In this document: positions 12,170-24,280 of the stretch, piece by piece | Layout of the letters: each line of letters starts with the position of its first letter | How positions within the stretch are numbered: the stretch's first letter is position 1 | The notes under the pieces: generated by a model | Database searches by the model: none | What the model was told of the DNA's origin: nothing | Seen by the model: only the letters and a program-made list of their open reading frames with translations | Program-made: the position numbers and the translations under genes | Assembly: GCA_022605425.2 (NCBI GenBank) | Contig: CM061248.1 | Coordinates: 1,116,001-1,180,000 of the forward strand | DNA from: Hamiltosporidium tvaerminnensis FI-OER-3-3 | Lineage: Eukaryota; Fungi; Microsporidia | Direction: 5' to 3' | DNA length: 64,000 nt

Positions 12170-13520
12170 GTAGGCCAGATGACAAAGATTGTAATTTGCC
12201 AAAAAAAGCAAAAAAAGATATTCTGTTGACTTTTTTGAAGATCGGGCAGTATCCACCTAACTAAAGCAAACAAGATAAAAGACTTCGGAGAAGAAATTCA
12301 AACTAATTTATAATATTTGGAGATGATATTTGCTTCAAAGGGCACGAACGAATGCTAAGGTAGGTTTTCAATTAGAAAAGGTGATGATGAAAGGTATAAT
12401 TAAACAAAACACTCGGTAGCACATTCTGAATAAATAAAATATATTTATGTGAACAAAAATATTATGAGATTTCTAAGACAAACATAAGGGAATGTGCAAT
12501 ACACCGGAGAGGTCTGTGGTATATTCAATTTATTTAAAAACGGTCAGTTAATAGATATGATCAATATTACCGAAAATATAACTTATTTATGATTTTTCGT
12601 ATAGATCATAGAAGATACGGAAATAAAAATGCTGGTATCGTTAAATTTGAACCGTAATCGACATTTATACAAAGCATCTCCGAGTTTTGGAGAAATAAAC
12701 AAGAACTCACAATCAGGCAAAGAAGCATTAAATTTTTAATTATAAATTTCTGTATTTAGTAGCTATTCAATTTATAATAGTATTTTGAAATAAAATTACT
12801 GTAAACATATTCCACTGCTCTAATAATGCTAATAATACAGAAAAAACCTCGTAATTTAAAAGCTTGGAGACGTGTTGAACGAAAAATATGACAATTTAAA
12901 GATGTTTAGCAAAAAAGTTATATGTTACCGAGAAAAAAGATGTATTAATTTTCATAATGATGCCTATAGACTTATAATAGAACAATACAAGGTGCTACAA
13001 GTAAATCACTGTTTCAAATTTTTTTTCGGTCAACTTGGATTCGATAATTTTCTTTCTGGTAGTATAGTGACTTATAAAATAAATGATGATTAAGTATTAG
13101 TCGTCGAATTAGTTCTGAAGTATAAAACATTAAATAACCATGATCAAGAATATACGCAGTGAGATTTAGAGAATGTGACGGAAATATATAATATGGTAAA
13201 AGCATCTAGATATCTTGCTTAAACGTCAAAAACTACAGCTTCTGACACTTATAAGAATTTGCCAAAGATACAGAAGTAACTAAATATACTGTGAAATACC
13301 AAAAAAAATCATAGAAGTAATAATTCAAATCAAATAAAAATCTTCGAAAAAGACTGAGTTCTGATAAAAAAACATTTCGACATGAATGCAAAGATTAAAC
13401 CTGCTCCGTATGATTTTCTTTATAATGACCCTGTAATGATGTAACAAATAATTTTATTACTAATACGGTAGAAGTTAAAATAAAAACAAAAAAAATCTGT
13501 CTACAAAAGCGTAAAAAATC
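12170..13520 (+). mobile_element. Decayed rve integrase-like (Ginger/KRAB-A2-like) transposase remnant, copy 1
   Basis: TVIDIYTKH (12650-12680, first catalytic D region); paralog of 27700-29060; heavily disrupted. Confidence 0.55.
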
Positions 13521-13799
13521 GGATTTAATTTTACTTTGATATTTTTCTTTTTTTTAATACATATCAGTTTTTATATAAGAAATGCTAATATAAAAGAATA
13601 ATTTTATATTTTCAAAAATATAACGACGAATATTTTTAGAAAGAAAATGTAATTAATAGCTCAAAAGATTTTTTTTTCACTTAAACCCTATAACATTTGA
13701 AGTAAAAAAACATTTCATATTCTATTTGAAGAGGTTTTAAGATGAATGAATAGAAAATAACGGGGTATAAAGAGGCATAAGAGAAAACAAGGCAATAAA

Positions 13800-16700
13800 A
13801 ACTACTACATTAACAAGTGCAAAGACTCTTTAAAAGTCGTAGATTACTTAACATTTTTTAAAAATTAATTTCCTTCATGCGCTTTTTCTTTCACCCGCCG
13901 CACATAAAGCATTCTCAGATCCTTTTCTACTGCATCTTTAATCTTTTCTAATGCAAATTCTTGTCTACTTTTTATTGGATTTTTACAGATATACTTGGCT
14001 TTTCTTTTGATAAAGATGCGTTCGTATAAAATGTTCTAGGCTTCTCAATCTTCCTCTTTTTGTTTTAGCATTGATATTTTATTCTAGGATAGAGATCATA
14101 AATTTCTTGATTTGTTTGGATTGTTCGCAAATTTTTTTTATTGTTTTAGGTCAAATTTTTACGGATATTTTTCCTTTCTTACGTGTTTAAAATATTATAT
14201 CACTTTTTTGTTCTTAACAAAATCTCGGATCCATACCAAAAAAAAGTCTTATTATAATACTATATATATTCTTTTTACAATTTCTACTTCTATAGATTGT
14301 TTTTATCAAGTTTTGAATCGAAAGGTATACTTTACTGCTTGCTACATAATTTTCTTATTTTGCTCTCTGCTTTTGTTTTATCTATAAAAGTCTCTAGATA
14401 TATAAAGCTCGATACTTTTTCTAACTCTATTAAGTATTTTTTTGAAGAATTGTTAAAGTTACTTCGCGAAAATATTATGACTCTACTTGGTTTTGCTCTT
14501 GCGAATCCCTAATTCTGCTTAATCTGATTCTTTTTCAATTAGACCAAAGTAATATTTTATATCATCTTTTTTTTCTGATGATACATAGGTCAAATGCATC
14601 TTATGTATAATAATGTTTTATTTCAAATAGTTGCACTTTTATATCTTTTAAGCTTACGAAAAATATTTTCCTTTGTACAGTGGACTAATATACCCGATAA
14701 TGTATCTTATTGTTTAACGCCTCTGATTATTCCTTACCTATTTGAAGTTTTCTTTGCTAGAATTCTTTTCAATTTAGCATAAACTAAACCAATTTTACAA
14801 TTCCTATAAGTTATATAAGAATTTATAAATCACAAAGATCATTAAACATGTGTTTACGAAAAATACTATCATAAACTTGTTCATATTCAAGAAAGAATGA
14901 TATCTATAAATATTAAATTTTAGCATTTTTCTAAGATAATTCTCATTATAAATATTTCAATTGTTGTCAATCATTCTATACAGAATCAAAATTTATAATA
15001 ATTGATTATTCTCCGAGCCAATCTCATAACTTATTTGCAACTATTTTGCTTAGAACTTTATAGCCAATATTTCAAAGAGATATTCCTCAACTATAGTCGC
15101 CTTTTATATTTGACCCTTGGTTTTTTTAAAGGTATTTCCGTACTTTATTCCATTCATCGGGTATTTTCTTCATATTGTTTTAAGCAAATTGTAAATTTTC
15201 GCTTAATATATCCCTGCAACTATTAAAAGCTAAACAGAAATTTTATCTTTTTCCGATGCTCTAAAATTTCGCAAACTCATAATGGTAGTTATTCTTTCCT
15301 CGAGTGTTTAATCTTCGATAGTTTAAATACTTTTCTTTTTGAATTATCGATAATTTTCCCTTTCCAGTATATTTTTTTCTATGCAGTTTAGAAGGCTCTC
15401 GAAGTATTAAGCCCACGTACTAGAATTTATCTTAAATTTCGTTGAGATATTACCTTCTTTTGCTATTAGAATGCAGACTTTGGTTACGAAGCCTTGTTTT
15501 TTTATTTATTATTAAAAATACATTCGCCTTATTCTTTTACACTTTGCCCTTCTTTCTATTTCCTGAAGTCTCCGTATATTACCTACTTCTTTTTTTCTTT
15601 AAAAAACGGTTTAAAATGATTCTTGCTGTTACCAATCTCTTATTTTATACATATGTTATTCAGTTTACCAGTTTAAATCTTGCTTTATTAGTGAATATGC
15701 AATTTTACACTCTTGATTGAACTAATAATAATTTTCTTATGCTTTTTATAGCATAACACTTTCTCAGCTGTTTCTTTGATTTTATTCTTTATCTTTGGTC
15801 TAGTACATCCATGTCAGCTGCTGTATAAGTCCTGTTGATGCTTAAGTATTTAAAAATTCTTTGCATGTCTTTCTCTAAAGTTTATATCGCTTAATATAAT
15901 AGTATTATATCTATCCCATGCTGCTTTTTAGAGAAATTTTAGGATGTTATACCCCAATTATATTTAAATTTGACTAAAAATGTATTCTAGTATATATTTG
16001 CTCCTCCGAAGCTTGTAATATTCGTGATATTTATAAAAATGTTTCAAAACGATAAACGTATGATCGATTTGAATATTCTTCATAATATCTGGGTATTGGT
16101 TGGGTATTTATGTATGATTTATGTGGGAATATCTGCTAGAATATGCACTGGTCTTACTCGATGCAAATTCGACTAGTCTGATTCCGTTTTTATTTATAAT
16201 TTGGATGGTCTCCTGCTAATAATAGCCTGCACGTTATATTTCCGATCTCTGCATTAAAATGGAATTGTGATAATTTCTATATCCTTTTTAGGGCATTTGA
16301 GTAGTCATATGTGAGTCTTTTATAAAAAAATCTCTTTTGTTTTTTCGTAGATATCTCCAATGGGTGCATTAAAATATATAAATCTCGTTTTAAAGAAGTT
16401 TCCCTTGTGCCTTATTGAACAAGATCGTTTATCAATAAGTGAATATTCAAAAACATTTCCAACTAGATTGTTTTTTATGGCAAATGCTGTTTCCAGTACA
16501 TTTGCTGTGTTACCTCAGCTGAACACCAAGTATTCCTTTTTTTTATTACACCTGTTTCTTTACATCTGATTTCTTGCAGTGCAATAATATCGTTTTTATA
16601 TTTACCAAGTTTATTAGATAGATTTGATAATGCACCTGGTTAACAAGTTGGGCCTATTTTATGTTACGATATTAGCTAAATCTTCTTTTTATTTATTTAA

Positions 16701-16850
16701 TTTGATCTGTTTTCGGCGTTTTTTTTATTTCTTGGTTTCATAGCAATATTTTTTGAGAAATAGGAGTGTTTCCCTATAGAAAACCCTCCTTCTTATCCAG
16801 ACTTGGGACTCGGAGATCAGAACTCGTCGTATCCGTGGCGGAGCTAGGGT
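13800..16850 (-). mobile_element. Decayed APE-type non-LTR retrotransposon (LINE, RTE-like)
   Basis: Minus-strand motifs: QET (~16210) and IDIIL (~15905) of AP endonuclease; IPDEWNK (~15155); KGDY.*GISL*NIGYKVLSKIVANKL (~15030-15105); RGVKQ*DTLSGIL (~14690-14725). Confidence 0.75.
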
Positions 16851-17329
16851 ATGAATACATGTAAAATAAAAAGGGGTAGTATTATAAATAACTGGGTGTT
16901 TAATAGACACTTGGGAAATTATGAATTGCGAAATTAAATTATAATCCAAACCCTTGATTTCCTGTTATAATTTTTACCTTTGAGCAAATATGTAATTTAG
17001 CAGATTTGCTCATTTAATAGATACCATTATGTCAGAAAAATTTGAGAATGTATGCATTTGTGCCTCTGACCATAATTTCGAGTAAAATAAGAAATCACGA
17101 ATAAATAGCAGAAATATGCATTTAAAAAGGTCACTAAGAAATATTTAAGGAAAATAAATAAAAAGATTTTTTCAATTTCCATTTATGTACCTCATATTTA
17201 TTTGTTTTAAAGCTTTGCTTTGTTTGTTTTCATGGTTACTCTTACAATGATAGTCATCTATGTTTTATTCAAAATTTGCCAAAATACAAAATATATTTTT
17301 AAAAATTATAGATTAGCAAACTCTAAACT

Positions 17330-20300
17330 TTTAAAAAAATTCTCTTCCTATTTTAACATCTTCTAACTCGTCCTCCAACTTTGAATCTTCATTTGCACTA
17401 ATTTTGGTTCCCGCTGTGGTTATGCCATCTTAATAAGGGGTAAAATATTTTTTGTATTTTCTGTTTTAACACATCATCTTCCTCGCTGTCTAATTGCTTT
17501 AAGGGGGTTTTTGATTTCTCATGCATCTCAAATTCTTATATATATTTAATGAAACACTCTCCCTGCTCTCTTTGGCATTTGGTTCAGACTCAAGTCTTCT
17601 TCGTCGATAACAAGAAAGTGTTTTGATTGTCTTCTAAGTACTTTAGCCTGTATATATGCCTCGTTATTCATGAGCATTTGTAGTCTTTTAACATAGGTCT
17701 TACTGTATTTTGTCCCAATATCGATCTAAGTCTTCACATAAGGAATTATCTCTAACTAAATTTATAACAAGACATAAGTTATTTGTAAATAGGTCATACT
17801 TCCTAAGCTTCTCTGTAAAAACTATTTGTAGAGAGTCTTAGGATGTGATTACTACTTAATTAGAGTTATCATATTCTGTCTCTTGTCTAGAACTAATATA
17901 TCGGGTCTGTTACACCGTATCTTAACATCGGTTTTTATTCTAGTGTCTTTTTTCCCTTTGCATGCTCTATCAAGAATTTCTTGAACTGAGTGACTCCTAA
18001 TTCGTTTTAACGACCATAATTTATATATATTCAGTAAAGTTAAGTGTATGCATCGTACAACTTTATTATGTTGTGAAACATAGTGTAACCAGATATTTTT
18101 TAAAATCTTGTTACTAAGGCGTCTATTGTTTTTCTAGACTGGTTGCTGTGTTGAAAATACCTTCTGCGCCCCAGAATACATTTCTATCCCTGTTGGAGCA
18201 GAACACTGCGTCATCACGTGGCCTTGCACTTCTTTTCTTTAAATCTTGAGAAGTCATTGACAGTTACTAGCTCGTTATTTCTAACATATATACCTTTGAA
18301 TGTTGTTTTCGACTTTTTATTTCATTATATAGCTTAGTTTGTTAGGCTTCTTCTAATTTCTTCTTTGTGACTTCTTCTTACGATCCGTACTTTATTTTTA
18401 ACCTGTATTTTATCAGTGAAAGTATATTTTAATAATTTCTTATTCTTTTAAGATTGCTGCTCTTCTGGTTGCAGTATATATATAATTTTCAGACTATCCA
18501 AAGGTTATAAAAGTATTGTTCGCTTTGAAATCTTCACAATGTAAACCTCTTTCAAGTTCTTTACGTTTAAGGTACAGCGTTATTCATCCAGGGCGTCAAT
18601 GTATTTTTTTCTCTTCTAACACCTCACGCTCACATCATCTAACTTAGAGAAGTCAGCTGGTTCTTGTTAGAGTAGCCCTATCTTGTAGTGGATTCATTTT
18701 ATCGCGTTGATTGATTGCAGAAAATAAATTACTTGCATTAAATTTCGTGCAACAAAGTCTTTATACTTGTGTTATCAATTGATCTGTGCTTCCTTTAGAG
18801 ATTTTTTTGTTAGAATTCCTCTGTTATCTTCTATTATTCCAATGTATTTATAAACATGTGATCCTTAAAAAAAGTAGCTGTATCTTAATAACATGAATTA
18901 TGAGTGGCTTATTTATCTTTATTTATTTTCAATACTATATGATTTATAAACTGTTGACTTCCTCCGTCATTTTCCAGTGTTTGTCTATTTTAGAAAGGAG
19001 CTAAATAATATCAATTAACAAGAGAGGATAGTAGAAAATTATACAGCATCTGTTTTTATTACCAACTCTGTGTATTTCTCATGGAGCTCTCGGTTCAGTG
19101 GATTCATACACAGTACAAACAGCAATGTTAAAAGACTATTTCCTTACAGAATCACTCTATCAGTCTCCTTGCTCATGATTTTTTAAAGCCCTGATGATAT
19201 ATAAATTTTCATCTTGATATTATCACCTTAATAAATTTCGGATCCAATCTGGTAACTTAAGGTGTTCCATGCATTGAGATAAATAAGCATGATCTATTGA
19301 ATTATAAGCTTTTTGAAATTTATCCATGTTTCCTTGTGATTGCTTTCGTACTCTTTAGGAATGGTAACATTCAATAGAGTCGGTTCTTTTGCTCTTTGCA
19401 CCTCTCCTAACGGATTATCTATAAGTAATATTCGTCTTTCCACCTCAATCTGTACCAATTTAGTAACACATTTTTTCGCTAATTTATACAGGTTTGAGAT
19501 ACAGGTTATTGGCCCGTAATCAGAACTAGTCTTTGGTATACCTTAAGTTATCAGATAGGTAAGTTATCAATAATACCACTCGGCTTGAAGCGTTCCTTCT
19601 AAGCGTATGCGTTTCGCAATAACGTAAAGATATTTGAGAGAGAGTCGTAAGTTTCTGGATATAGAGATTGTAGATACCATCTATCCCAGCAGCTTTCTAG
19701 TTAGGCAGCCAATTGATGATATTTAAAAATTCTTCAAGTGAAGGAAACGTGGTCTGCTCTGTATCTGACACGAAAGGTATCAAATACTTATCATACGTAA
19801 CTCTTTATATTTTTGTTCCACATTGTAAGACTATTATCTGAAATTTGTCACGATTGACCACATGCTAAGAGCAATCGCACAGATAAAACCCAAGATAGAA
19901 TCGAACTCGGAACAGCTCAAACATACGGGTCTCTCTTCAAAATTTCTTACTACTTATGTAAATTGTAAGTTTCTTCTCATAGACATCCAAGAACTCGTTC
20001 TTCTTAACCAAAGACTCAGAAAGATCATTTATTCTGCTTAAATCTAAGTTAAACTCTCGTATAATTTTCTCTGAGTTTCGTTAGAAGAGAGGTGAGTTCA
20101 ACGTGTCTAAGCGAGTTCTCAAGGATATCCTTTGAAAGTTTCACGCGAGAATATTTGCCTCAATGCCTTATTTTCACTTTGATCTTGGCTCTCTTTGCAT
20201 GTTCCTCGTCATACCATGCTTATGCTACTTTCATGATCCGAGCTGCATCACTAACATTCTTATGCACATGAGAGGCAATACACTCACTAATAATTCGATA

Positions 20301-20940
20301 AATGAGGTCCAGACCTTTCTGTTAACAAATTTACTTTGAAGCTTTCGAGTTCGGACCACTGAACCTTCGATTTACTTCTCCAAAAGTTCCTTGATTTTAC
20401 ACAAGTATTTCTCTTCCATGTTATATAGTTTGCAGTTTCAGTCAGGAACCATGGCTCGGCGAGACAAGTGCAATTGCGTTCATTCAGCGTTCTTTTCTTG
20501 AATAAGTTTCTTTCTGCCTTAGTTTATGTCAATTTTGTAAACACACTGATATCTAATGAGCAGTCAGATTTCTCACTATGGTACCTCGGAGTATCAGGCC
20601 AGCCATTTCTAAGCATTCTCTCAAACCTTTTTTTGCACTGCTAGAACAGAAAATCTATCCCATTCCTTCTCTACAGCTGTGAAAGAGTCAAGTATTTAAT
20701 TCAATGCTATCAGTCGATTTCCTTCAAATATGGCATTGGTAATAAGATTTGTTATGCAGTAGGCTGGTCTACACGTAGTAGCATTGTTACCGGGGAGCAT
20801 TGGCTATGGTGTCAATCAAGCAGCCAGGAGTAGCCTAGTGTATTGCTTGATAGTAAATAGGAAAGGTATTGACGGCTGTTTGTAGTGTAAGCCTCTCACA
20901 TATCCGAACGAACATCTCTATCACACGTTTCTATCTCTTA
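17330..20940 (-). mobile_element. Near full-length decayed RLE-type (R4/Dong-like) non-LTR retrotransposon
   Basis: Single-ORF remnant starting ~20802, with WLPN*KAAGIDGIY, DYGPITCISNLYKL, GNSLLTLLFVLCMNPL, FSKLDD, RHN-region KVVRCIHL, and RLE motifs NRPDILVLDK (~17885-17912) and EKLRKYDL (~17790-17815). Confidence 0.9.
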
Positions 20941-21119
20941 TAAACCATTTCAGAGTTGTTTATAACCTTTATTTTTTAATATTTTCGCGTCTACTTTTTT
21001 TCCTTCTACCCATAATTATGGTAAATAATAATAGTAAGGATAATAATATACTTAAATCTTACATTAAGTAATTTTATTACTATTAATAGTAATAATACTA
21101 TTTCTAACCCTAAACAATA

Positions 21120-23347
21120 CTAACAATAATACAACAAATAATAGCAATACTACCCCATCTACCAACAATCTTACTTACAATAATATTCTACATCTCCCCC
21201 TTAAAGTAGGTAAAGAGACTGAGTCTGTATTCTCAGATACTTTTCTTACTAACACCTCTTTAGTAGTAAATGCTTTAGATAATATCGAAGCTAGACTGTA
21301 TGAAAATAAAAGATGTATTACAAATAAAATACCTATATTTGAAAGTGGTACTTTAGGTACCAAAGGTAATGTACAGGTAGTAATACCTTATAAGACAGAG
21401 AGTTATAGTAGTAGTAGAGATCCACCTGATAAGAGTATACCGTTATGTACTATACGTAATTTACTTCATTGTATTGAACATACAATAGAGTGGGCATTGG
21501 CATTGAGTTAGTTTAAGAGTAATTTTGAAGAGAAGATTATTAGTATAAGTGAGTATATAAAGGGTGATAATTATAGGGATAGTAAATTAGAGGGTGATAA
21601 TGACAGTACTAGTAATTATAGGGGTGTTGATTATGGGATAGTAATTATAAGGGTGATAGTTATAAGGATCTGGAACAAGACCCTGTTAATGACAGTACTA
21701 ATAAACAAGACCCTGTTAATAACATTACCGATAAACAACACCCTCTTAATAATAGTACTAGTAAACAACACCCTCTTAATAATAGTACTAATAAGCAACA
21801 CCCTGTTAATACTATACCCACTAATAACACTCCACATACTACTATCCCTACCCATGATAATCTTAGTACTGAGAGTGTTGCTATTGGTGAGGATATAAGG
21901 GTGTTAGTAAGTAGTATACCTAAGAATATATATGAATGTGTAAGAGAAGGTGTTATTCTATTTAATAAGTATTTTTATATAAATATTAAGACACTTATAG
22001 AAACATTTCCTGTTGGACATGTAACAGGAGAAGGACAACCTTTTTGGGTACAGCCTAAGAGACCACCTGTACCTTTTATTTTTAATAAGTTTGATTGTTT
22101 ACATGTGTTGTTTGTACAGAGTTATTGCAGGGTTATAAGGAGTGTGTATGGGATAAAGGGATTAGAGGGAGAGGGAGAGGGAGAGAAGGTGTTAGTTATA
22201 AGGAGGTGGAGGATATAATAAGAGAGGGGATGTATGACAATGGTATATTAGAGGGTGGTAATGGTAAGGGTGGTAAAATAAAGGGTGTTAATGGTAAGGG
22301 TGGTAATATAAAGGGTGTTAATGACAAGGGTATATTAGAGGGTGTTAATGACGAGAGTATATTAGAGGGTGTTAATGATAAGGTGAGTAATATAAATGGT
22401 GTTAGTAACAGTAGTAATAAACAATACCCCTTTAATAACAGTCCTAATAAACAACACCCTCTTAATAACTGTCCTAATAAACAACACCCCTCTAATCACC
22501 AAGCAAATACCGTAGCCCCTAACACCCCCTTTAATAACAATACTAATAATATAATTACTCTTCACCCTGTTACTCTTGAGAAGGATAATGATAGTAATGG
22601 TCATATAGATTTTATATATGCATGTGCTAATTTAAGAGCACGTAATTATAAAATAAAAGAAGTATCTAAATTAACAGTAAAAGGTATAGCAGGTCGTATA
22701 ATACCAGCAATAGCAACTACTACATCTGTTATATCAGGGTTATGTGTTTTAGAAATGATTAGATATGTTTTATATGGTAATGGGTATAAGAATTGGTATG
22801 TTAATTTAGGGCTTTCATTTATAGGGTGTACAGATGTTATTGAGGCAGAGAAGATGGAATGTGGGATGGTTAGGTGTGATAGTAGGGAGGGTGTGTTAAT
22901 GATAGAGATAGGTTAGAGGGTGTTAATGATAGAGATAAGCTAGAGGGTGTTAAGGATAGAGATAGATTAGAGGGTGTTAAGGACAGTACTAATACCTTGC
23001 ACCCTGTTAATACTAATACTACTACTTTTACTCTTTGGAATAGCTTTGTCTTTAGTGACTGTAAATTATCTGAAATATTTAAATATTTTAAAAGGGTGTG
23101 GAATGTAGATATAAGTATGGTAACAATAAGAGATACTGTTGTGTTTTGTACGTTTTATGATAATGAGAGGTTTAAAAATAATTTAGAAAAATTTATAAGT
23201 GAATTGTGTCATAAGAAAGAAGGTGATGGTGTTATTTACTGTGGTATATAGTGTTTGTTTGATATTGATGGTGATAACTTTCCTGAGGTTGTTGTTGATT
23301 TTAGGAGAGAGAGAAGGGAGGTATTGGGATTGTATGAGAGTTATTAG
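21120..23347 (+). pseudogene. UBA1: 5'-truncated ubiquitin-activating enzyme E1 pseudogene (C-terminal half) with low-complexity inserts
   Basis: [61 protein letters not shown] (catalytic Cys), EHTIEWA, GQPFWVQPKRPP, LEKDNDSNGHIDFIYACANLRARNY, GIAGRIIPAIATTTSVISGL, UFD region TLW. In-frame TAG at ~21508 and 23249 plus frameshifts; the N-terminal half is missing. Confidence 0.9.
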
Positions 23348-23599
23348 AGATTTGTGAGACCATATAGGAAGTTAATAAGAAAGTTTAATGAATAGATTAT
23401 GAGATGGGATATGTGTTAGTAGAGAGCGTTAATTCTTTGGTTCTTCCTTTCATTTTTTTAATTTATATTTCAGAGTTTATTATTTCTTTATTTATCTTTT
23501 ATTTTTTTTATGATTTTTACTTATTTTGAACGGTGACATGTGTTATATTGTTTTCATGGCAGAAGAAATTCTAGGTTTAATATAGATAATTACTCATAC

Positions 23600-23825
23600 C
23601 AGTGTAGGGGAGATAACCACATTAAGAAATTTAAACATTTATGGTTTAAATAAACCGCACAAATTTGCAGAACATCTTTTCCTCATACAAATTTTATGAA
23701 ATGGTCAAAGATATATAGCCTGTTTATCATTCGTATCAAAAATTCTAACAATAATTTCCTTATCACTCATAAATACAAGTTACCAAGCAGATGCTTTTAT
23801 ATGCAATTGTCCCTCATCCACCTTT
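23600..23825. repeat. Internally deleted back-to-back pair of the ~700-bp repeat (copies c/d, ends only)
   Basis: CAGTGTAGGGGAGATAACCACATTAAG (minus-orientation end, 23600-23629) is joined to ...TTACCAAGCAGATG...CTCATCCACCTT (plus-orientation end, to 23824). Confidence 0.7.
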
Positions 23826-24280
23826 AAATAAATTATTTTTTTAAAAAGAATGAAAACATTGATTTCCTACAAAAAGATAAAGTGTTAATATATTAGAAAT
23901 TCCAAACGAGGAACATATTTATTGCGAATAGTAAATTTTTTTTTTGTGAATGAGAAAAATTTGCTTTTGGTTACAGACCGTTTAATTTCCGCCCTTAAAA
24001 TTTCATGAGACACACCTTAAAAAGGGTAACAAAGCTCCAATTCACATATAGACTGTGTGTCATACCAATTGAACAGAAGTAGCTGATAGAAAATTATAAT
24101 ATATTGTATTAGAATACTGATTATATCCATACTTCTGTTTTTTATACAGATTAAATCTAAATATTGACTAAAAATAAAAAATACCGTAAATTTTTAATTT
24201 AAATTCTTAGAACCTATAATTTACATATAATTTTAAAAAGCACAAATTTATTTAAATATTTTCAAACTCTCAAATCTTTT

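Larger units (their letters stand above)
5312..13790 (+). repeat. Segmental duplication, copy 1 (paralogous to 23532-29320)
   Basis: Collinear matches by eye: 5312-5400~23532-23625, 6250-6805~23645-24200, 8683-11145~24205-26660, 11460-13790~26990-29320. Copy 1 carries the extra Tc1 insertion. Confidence 0.9.

Noticed and set aside
21631-21898. Overlapping ORFs 21631..21855(-), 21653..21898(+) and 22362..22604(-)
   Set aside because: Off-frame or antisense translations of the low-complexity inserts in the UBA1 pseudogene.
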